From: Bacteroidota bacterium
Lineage (GTDB): Bacteria > Bacteroidota > Ignavibacteria > SZUA-365
Assembly (NCBI GenBank): GCA_034002405.1
Contig: JAVFAS010000007.1
Span: 4,015 to 68,014, forward strand
Length of the DNA stretch: 64,000 nt
Reading direction: 5' to 3'
Under the pieces are notes generated by a model that saw nothing but the letters and a program-made list of their open reading frames with translations, did not search any database and was not told the DNA's origin. Positions within the stretch are counted from its first letter, which is position 1; the number at the start of each line of letters is the position of its first letter. Position numbers and translations under genes: made by a program. Positions 58,361 to 64,000 of the stretch are shown in pieces.

Positions 58361-60040
58361 GCCATGACGCGCGTATCTCTCTTTGTTTTCTCGATCATCG
58401 TCGCGCTATGGAGCCAGACCGCGGCGGCGCAGGGCATCTCCCGCGAGGGTCGCGATGCGCGTGGGCGCCACGTGCGAGCAACCTGGCTGCAGCCGCGCCC
58501 GCAGGGCAATGGCATCCGCGCCCTGCGTTTCGTCGATGCGCGCACGGGATGGGCCGTGGGCGATGCCGGAACGATCCTGCACACGACGGATGGCGGACAG
58601 CACTGGCGCGCGCAGGAGAGCGGCACGATGGCGTCGCTGGCACACTGCGCGTTTTCCGATCGCGCGCGCGGATGGTCCGCCACGCAGCGGCAGGTACTGC
58701 GGACCACCGATGCCGGGACGCAATGGCACGCGATTCCCGGACCGCCGCTGCGCGGAACGCAGGACCTGTACCGCGACATCGCTGTTCCCGCGGCGGAACA
58801 CATCCTGGTCGTGACGCGGCTCGGTGGAATTTTTCGCAGTACCGACAGTGGCGGATCCTGGTCGGTGGTTCATCACAGCTACGAACCCGCGCGGATATTC
58901 TTTCGCGATGCATTGCATGGCTGGGTCGCGGGTGATCACGGCCGCGTCGCCCGGACCACCGATGGCGGTGCGACCTGGACCGATCACTATGTGGTCGTTC
59001 CCCGCCGCGCCCCGCTTCGGAATCCTTCCCTGCTGTATTTCGCGGACTCGCTGCGCGGCTGGATCACCGCGGATACGGATCTGTACGCGACCACGGACGG
59101 TGGCAGGATGTGGGAGCTTCTTCCGGATTCCACGCGACATGATGACCTGCACATGTCCGCCACGGGACAGCTCTGGAGTTGCGGCACGGGACTCCGCCGC
59201 AGCAGCGACGGTGGACGGACCTGGCATGCGCACCCCGGTGTTCCGCGTCTCCCGCTCGCGGCCATCACCTTCGTCGGACCGGACACGGGATGGGCGGCGG
59301 GCGCCGCGGGTGTCCTCCTGCGAAGTACCGACGGCGGTGCTACGTGGCACGGGGACGGACGGGAATCCGCGCGGCAGTATCGACGCATTCACCTGCGTTC
59401 CGACGACACTGTCTGGGTGCTCGGTGACCGCATCCACCGCAGCGATGATGGCGGAATGCATTGGATCGACGCTCCCGACTCGGACAGCAGCATGTTCCGT
59501 GCGGCGGATTTCCTTGATCCCCGCGCCGGGACGCTCCCCGCCGGGACGCTCCCCGGCGGCATTCTTCGCATCGCCTTCCAGGATCCTGCCCACGGATACG
59601 CCATCGATGCGGATCAGATATTGTGGAGCACCACCGATGGCGGGCGGCAATGGTCCTCGCGCACCTTTGGCCGGCCGCTGCTCGACCTGGCGGTGCCGGA
59701 TTCCCGGCGCATCGTCCTTCTCGCACGGGCCACGTCCGAGGATAACGGATCATCAGCTCTTGTACTCCGCAGCAATGATCACGGCCAGACCTGGCGCGCC
59801 GTGACCATCGACGCCGCCATCGCACCCGTGGCCCTGTGTTTCACCGATGCGCGGCACGGCTGGCTGCTTGCCGACGCGGGCGCGGTCTGGACCACCGACG
59901 ATGGTGGCGGCACCTGGGTCGCTCTCCCGGTCGTGACCGGGATTCGCGGCCGTGCCATCGGGGCGGTTTCATCCGATCGCGCCTACATCGCCGGCGACGA
60001 CGGTGGGATCGTGCGCATCGACATCCAGCCCCCCGACTGA
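58361..60040 (+). CDS. BNR/Ycf48-like beta-propeller repeat protein (secreted)
   Basis: Signal peptide VSLFVFSIIVALWSQTAAAQ. At least eight repeats of the T(T)DGG-x-(T/S)W Asp-box motif (TTDGGQHW, TTDAGTQW, STDSGGSW, TTDGGATW, TTDGGRMW, SSDGGRTW, STDGGATW, TTDGGRQW, TTDDGGGTW). Confidence 0.65.
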   Translation, partial: AMTRVSLFVFSIIVALWSQTAAAQGISREGRDARGRHVRATWLQPRPQGNGIRALRFVDARTGWAVGDAGTILHTTDGGQHWRAQESGTMASLAHCAFSDRARGWSATQRQVLRTTDAGTQWHAIPGPPLRGTQDLYRDIAVPAAEHILVVTRLGGIFRSTDSGGSWSVVHHSYEPARIFFRDALHGWVAGDHGRVARTTDGGATWTDHYVVVPRRAPLRNPSLLYFADSLRGWITADTDLYATTDGGRMWELLPDSTRHDDLHMSATGQLWSCGTGLRRSSDGGRTWHAHPGVPRLPLAAITFVGPDTGWAAGAAGVLLRSTDGGATWHGDGRESARQYRRIHLRSDDTVWVLGDRIHRSDDGGMHWIDAPDSDSSMFRAADFLDPRAGTLPAGTLPGGILRIAFQDPAHGYAIDADQILWSTTDGGRQWSSRTFGRPLLDLAVPDSRRIVLLARATSEDNGSSALVLRSNDHGQTWRAVTIDAAIAPVALCFTDARHGWLLADAGAVWTTDDGGGTWVALPVVTGIRGRAIGAVSSDRAYIAGDDGGIVRIDIQPPD

Positions 60041-60142
60041 GCGCGAACCGCATCCCCGCCATCCCGCTCGCGGAATGCATCACGTGGTCGGATGGGACGC
60101 CGACACTGTGTACTTTAGACGGAACATCCGGAGTCCGACGCC

Positions 60143-60556
60143 ATGCAACTCATCCGTTTTGGGGTCTCCCTGCCCGAGGATCTGATCCGAAAATTCGACC
60201 GGCTCATCAAGCGCAAGAAATACCCGACGCGCTCGGAGGCCATCCGCGACCTCATCCGGCGCGAGCTCGTGCAGGAGGACATCGACTCCGATCGCGTGGT
60301 GGCCGGCGTGCTGAGCCTGCTCTACGACCATCACCACACCGCGATTTCCGAGACGCTCAACGCCCTGCAACACGACCATCACGAATCGATCATTTCAACG
60401 ACGCACGTCCATCTCGATCATGACAACTGTCTGGAAGTGATCATGCTGCACGGACGCGCGCGGGACATCAAGAAGTTTGCCGACGGCATCATCTCCATCA
60501 AGGGCGTCAAGCACGGCGGCTTGCATCTGACCTCGACGGGGGAAGGATCGCGCTGA
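60143..60556 (+). CDS. nikR: nickel-responsive transcriptional regulator NikR
   Basis: [19 protein letters not shown] ribbon-helix-helix N-terminus. C-terminal ACT-like domain with VHLDHDNC (His-x-His-x5-Cys high-affinity Ni site). Confidence 0.85.
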   Translation: MQLIRFGVSLPEDLIRKFDRLIKRKKYPTRSEAIRDLIRRELVQEDIDSDRVVAGVLSLLYDHHHTAISETLNALQHDHHESIISTTHVHLDHDNCLEVIMLHGRARDIKKFADGIISIKGVKHGGLHLTSTGEGSR

Positions 60557-60621
60557 CACGCATCCACCAACAGAAGTTTCGGACCGTAACATCTTGGATG
60601 CCATCATGGCAGGATGTACAT

Positions 60622-60652
60622 TAGTAGCACGATTGTGATATTCGTGTTACTA
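60622..60652 (+). promoter_or_regulatory. imperfect palindrome TAGTAGCACG-N11-CGTGTTACTA upstream of the TonB-dependent receptor (candidate NikR operator)
   Basis: 8-bp arms with one mismatch and an 11-nt AT-rich spacer. Lies about 13 nt upstream of the likely true start (60665). Confidence 0.4.
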
Positions 60653-60664
60653 CTTGGATTCGCC

Positions 60665-62491
60665 ATGACCCCGCACCTTCGTCCCACGATTTTTCTCCTG
60701 CTCTTCCTGACCGCGGTTCCCACATTCGCGCAGGAGCGCGACAGCACGCTGCATTTCACCCTTCGCGATTCGGTGCTCGTGGTAGCGAGCCGCTACCGCT
60801 CCACGCTCGCGCGCGAAACCAACGCCCTGACCGTGATTTCCGCCGATGCCATTGCGCGCACCGCCGATCATTCCCTTCTGGAAGCCGTCGCATGGGAAGT
60901 TCCGTCGGCGTTTCTGGTTGACACCCGCATGGGTGGTTTTGGCGTCGGCGCCGCGGCCACGGGCATGCTGTCGCTCCGCGGCATGGGCCGGCAGCCCAAC
61001 ACCGGGATCGCGGTGATGATCGACGGACACCCGGATTTCATGGGCATGTTCGGCCATCCGCTCCCCGATGTCTATGGCATGGATGATGTCGAACGCGTGG
61101 ATGTACTGCTCGGTCCGGCATCGACGGTCTTCGGCGGCGGGGCCATGGGTGGCGTGGTCAACATCGTCACGCGTCCCGCCGACCGGAATCGCATGCAATT
61201 CTCCGCCGAGGCCGGGAGTTGGGACAGCTACGCCGCGACCATGGGCGTGAGCCGCCGCTTCGGATCCCATGGCGTGCAGCTCACGGTCGGACACCGGCGC
61301 AGCGGGGGACATGTGCCGCAATCCGACTTCACCGGTTCGCGGGTACAGGCCGGGTGGGACTGGCGGATCAGTGATGTCTGGCAGCTCTCCATGCGCGGAC
61401 GCTACGTGCCGTACACCTTCGATGATCCCACACGAATGGATGATCCGGCCGGACTCGGGACCTACGGCGATATCCGCCGCGGGATGGGACAGATCGTGCT
61501 CGACAACGACTTCGGGATGCTCCGCGGCTCGACACAGCTTCACGTCAACGCCGGCCATCATGAATTCTCCGACGGATTCATTTCCGACGATCGCGCACTC
61601 GGCATCTCCACCTACCAACAGTGGCATCTCTCCGCGCGCGGCAGTCTCGCGATCGGTGGGGACGTCCTTCAATATGGCGGGCAGGCGAATGTCGACGACA
61701 CCCAGCACCTGCTCTCGACCGCGGGCGCCTACGCCCTCGCGCTGTACAGTCCGCTCGACATGCTGCATCTCCGCGCGGGACTGCGCTGGCAGTATCACAG
61801 CCTCGCGCTGCACAATCTCGCGCCTTCGCTGGGCATCAGTTTCCTGCCGGTGAACGGTCTGCGCCTGTATGCGAATATTCAAAGCGGATATCGTTATCCG
61901 ACATTGCAGGAACTGTATCTGTTTCCCATCTCCAACCCCGCATTGACCGAGGAGCAAAGCACCGGCTACGAAGTCGGACTCGAGTACGCGCATGCACGCG
62001 GCACGCTGCGCCTCGCGGCCTTTCGCGCGGACGTGCGCGACATGATCACGCTCGTCGTCAATCCCTTCGCCCCACCTCCATTCCGCATGCGCAACGCACG
62101 CGACGCCGAGCAGTGGGGACTGGAAGCATCACTGCGGTATCGCATTCTTCCATGGCTCCATGTCCAGACGACGTGGAATCGTCTCGATCCCGACGGCCTC
62201 ACGGCCTTCAATCCCGCGCAGCAGTTGAAATACCAGGTCTTTGTCATCGCCGGACGCCTGCAGGCGATGCTCGCCGGACAGTATGTGCATGCCCTCCACG
62301 CCGGAGATGCGGAGACGCTGCGCATGCCGGACTATCATGTGCTCGAGGCCTCGGTGGAATGGAAATTCCCGGTGATCGACGCCTTCATCCGCGTCCGCAA
62401 CCTGCTCGACCGGTCGTACGCGATCCTTCCCGGGTACCCGGCGCCCGGTGCGCATGCCGTCGTCGGACTACGCTACGCGCTCGAGCAGTGA
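60665..62491 (+). CDS. TonB-dependent outer-membrane receptor (metal uptake; Ni or Cu candidate)
   Basis: Plug domain (VVASRY...ALTVISADAIAR). Beta-barrel. The ORF track starts at 60614, but the Met at 60665 gives a proper signal peptide (MTPHLRPTIFLLLFLTAVPTFAQE). Confidence 0.75.
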   Translation: MTPHLRPTIFLLLFLTAVPTFAQERDSTLHFTLRDSVLVVASRYRSTLARETNALTVISADAIARTADHSLLEAVAWEVPSAFLVDTRMGGFGVGAAATGMLSLRGMGRQPNTGIAVMIDGHPDFMGMFGHPLPDVYGMDDVERVDVLLGPASTVFGGGAMGGVVNIVTRPADRNRMQFSAEAGSWDSYAATMGVSRRFGSHGVQLTVGHRRSGGHVPQSDFTGSRVQAGWDWRISDVWQLSMRGRYVPYTFDDPTRMDDPAGLGTYGDIRRGMGQIVLDNDFGMLRGSTQLHVNAGHHEFSDGFISDDRALGISTYQQWHLSARGSLAIGGDVLQYGGQANVDDTQHLLSTAGAYALALYSPLDMLHLRAGLRWQYHSLALHNLAPSLGISFLPVNGLRLYANIQSGYRYPTLQELYLFPISNPALTEEQSTGYEVGLEYAHARGTLRLAAFRADVRDMITLVVNPFAPPPFRMRNARDAEQWGLEASLRYRILPWLHVQTTWNRLDPDGLTAFNPAQQLKYQVFVIAGRLQAMLAGQYVHALHAGDAETLRMPDYHVLEASVEWKFPVIDAFIRVRNLLDRSYAILPGYPAPGAHAVVGLRYALEQ

Positions 62492-62701
62492 CGGACGCGT
62501 CCAGCGACTGACCGGCTCCTCCACGGACACTTCCCACACGCGTTCCTCCCTCTCCGCGTGCCATGGCACACGCGCGGCATCGTCGTATATAGGAAATAAG
62601 AAATTTTTTCCGCTATATGGAAACTCCAATCCCCGAGTGTCCGTATGACGTGCCTGTGTCTATCCTGAACTCACATTCATTCATCATTGTAGGAGGATCT
62701 C

Positions 62702-63397
62702 GTGAAGACGTTTCTTACCCTTGTGCTTCTCGCATTCATCGCCGTCGCGCCGCTGCAGGCGCAGGAAGAAGGCTTCGCCGGACGGCCCATCACCTCGAAT
62801 TTCGGCATGCCCACGGGCAACACGCTGCACGCCGGTGAATTCACGGTTGGCATCGGACCCGTGGAATACGGGATCACCGAAAACCTGCAGATCGGCACGA
62901 ACCTGCTGCTCTTCATCTTCCAGTATTACAACGCCGACGTGAAATTCTCCCTCATCGATACCGAGCAGCAGGCGTTGGCGCTGGGCCTTGGGGTGGGATA
63001 TTTCAATCTCTCCGTCTTCGGATCGGACGTCAGCTATACGTCGATCTCCCCGTATGTGGCGTACAGTTTCCCGGTCGGACAGAAAACACGCATGCACCTC
63101 GGCGCGAATTACGCGAACATCAGTGGTGATGTGGATATCGATGATGCGGATGATCTGAGCGCATCGGTCAGTGGAACGTCCGTCTCCGCCGGAATCGAAC
63201 ACAGCCTGTCGAACAAGACCAAGATTGTCGGCGATGCCGGATACGATGTCGAGTTCGAAGGACTGCGCGTAGGGGGCGGTGTGCTTTGGGGCTGGGAATC
63301 CTTCCGCCTGAAGCTCGGCCTGCAGTATTTCGCACCGAAGGGATATGACGGCTATGTCTTCCCGTGGGTCGGTCTCTGGTGGCGCTTCCGCGGATAA
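62702..63397 (+). CDS. hypothetical outer-membrane beta-barrel protein (231 aa)
   Basis: Signal peptide LTLVLLAFIAVAPLQAQ. Alternating hydrophobic strands. C-terminal WWRFRG. Confidence 0.45.
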   Translation: MKTFLTLVLLAFIAVAPLQAQEEGFAGRPITSNFGMPTGNTLHAGEFTVGIGPVEYGITENLQIGTNLLLFIFQYYNADVKFSLIDTEQQALALGLGVGYFNLSVFGSDVSYTSISPYVAYSFPVGQKTRMHLGANYANISGDVDIDDADDLSASVSGTSVSAGIEHSLSNKTKIVGDAGYDVEFEGLRVGGGVLWGWESFRLKLGLQYFAPKGYDGYVFPWVGLWWRFRG

Positions 63398-63428
63398 GCG
63401 ATATTCCGCATCTTTTCATCCGAAACGC

Positions 63429-63468
63429 AGAGAGGCTGCTCCGTCACTGGAGCAGCCTCTCGCTTTTC
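63429..63468. terminator. bidirectional rho-independent terminator between convergent genes
   Basis: AGAGGCTGCTCC-GTCACT-GGAGCAGCCTCT followed by CGCTTTTC. Confidence 0.7.
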
Positions 63469-63502
63469 ATGCGGCGGGGATGTCACGACCCGCGCGTCGA
63501 TT

Positions 63503-64000
63503 CTACTTCATCAGCATCATGCTGCGACGCAGCAGGACGCCATTGGCTTCGAGCACGCAGACGAATGTGCCGCTGGGGAGGCCGTTTGCATCGAAGACCA
63601 CCTGATGCGTCCCGGCGTCCCGCATGCCATCGGCGAGCAGCGCCACCTCGCGCCCGAGCAGGTCATGGACCGTCAGCCGCACGGATGCCGCCTCCGGCAG
63701 GGCGAAGCGAATGCTGGTCGTGGGATTGAACGGGTTCGGATAGTTCTGCTCGAGCGTGATCGCCGCGGGCAGGGCCGCGGTCGTGGCGTCGGCTTCCTTC
63801 GGGAAATAGGCATGCGCCATCGTGAACGGTCCGGCGATCGAGGTCAGGCCGTTGACCTGCACGAAATTCTCGAACACATTCGACACACCGCCACGATTCA
63901 CCCAGACATTCACCGGCCGCTGCCAGACCGTGAGCAGCTCGGGCCTGGTGATCAGCGGCTGGGACTCGGTGTTCGTGTAGAAGAAACGCACGTCGACATT
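63503..64000 (-). CDS. C-terminal fragment of a T9SS cargo protein (T9SS type A sorting domain); the gene continues beyond the window
   Basis: ITLEQNYPNPFNPTTSIRFALPEAASVRLTVHDLLGREVALL...GTFVCVLEANG is the canonical Por CTD. Confidence 0.6.
   Translation of the reverse strand, partial: NVDVRFFYTNTESQPLITRPELLTVWQRPVNVWVNRGGVSNVFENFVQVNGLTSIAGPFTMAHAYFPKEADATTAALPAAITLEQNYPNPFNPTTSIRFALPEAASVRLTVHDLLGREVALLADGMRDAGTHQVVFDANGLPSGTFVCVLEANGVLLRRSMMLMK

Overview
This is a high-GC (about 65%) chromosomal window that looks bacterial and densely coding on both strands. Three features point to a Bacteroidota/Rhodothermota-like (FCB group) organism: several proteins carry C-terminal T9SS sorting domains, the nitrous-oxide reductase cluster is of the Sec-type clade II kind (cytochrome c-nosZ-nosB-nosL-nosD-nosF-nosY), and a giant alpha-2-macroglobulin is present. 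I recognise these conserved blocks: trkA-trkH; glyA; a fused aroB-aroA gene; a pair of M16 peptidases; an Rrf2 regulator with a NapH-like ferredoxin, a porin and nrfH-nrfA (ammonifying nitrite reductase); tRNA-His; the yceD-rpmF-plsX-fabH-fabD-fabG-acpP-fabF-rnc cluster; gcvP; kdsC; a polyprenol-phosphate glycosyltransferase; tRNA-Glu with a textbook sigma-70-like promoter and terminator; the nos cluster; and a NikR regulator with a TonB-dependent receptor. I saw no transposase, integrase, CRISPR array or phage genes. Many long Arg-rich ORFs in the six-frame track are antisense artefacts of the high GC and are not reported as genes. The noncoding features worth attention are a near-identical 24-bp palindrome located both in front of the Rrf2 gene and in the nos promoter, two copies of a 25-bp palindromic terminator element, and several short tandem repeat arrays. 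The coding features worth attention are a double-HTH-CHAD protein, the AroB-AroA fusion, and a secreted lamin-tail/PLD protein next to the alpha-2-macroglobulin. Coordinates taken from the ORF track are exact. Coordinates I counted by hand (RNA genes, motifs) may be off by 1-2 nt.
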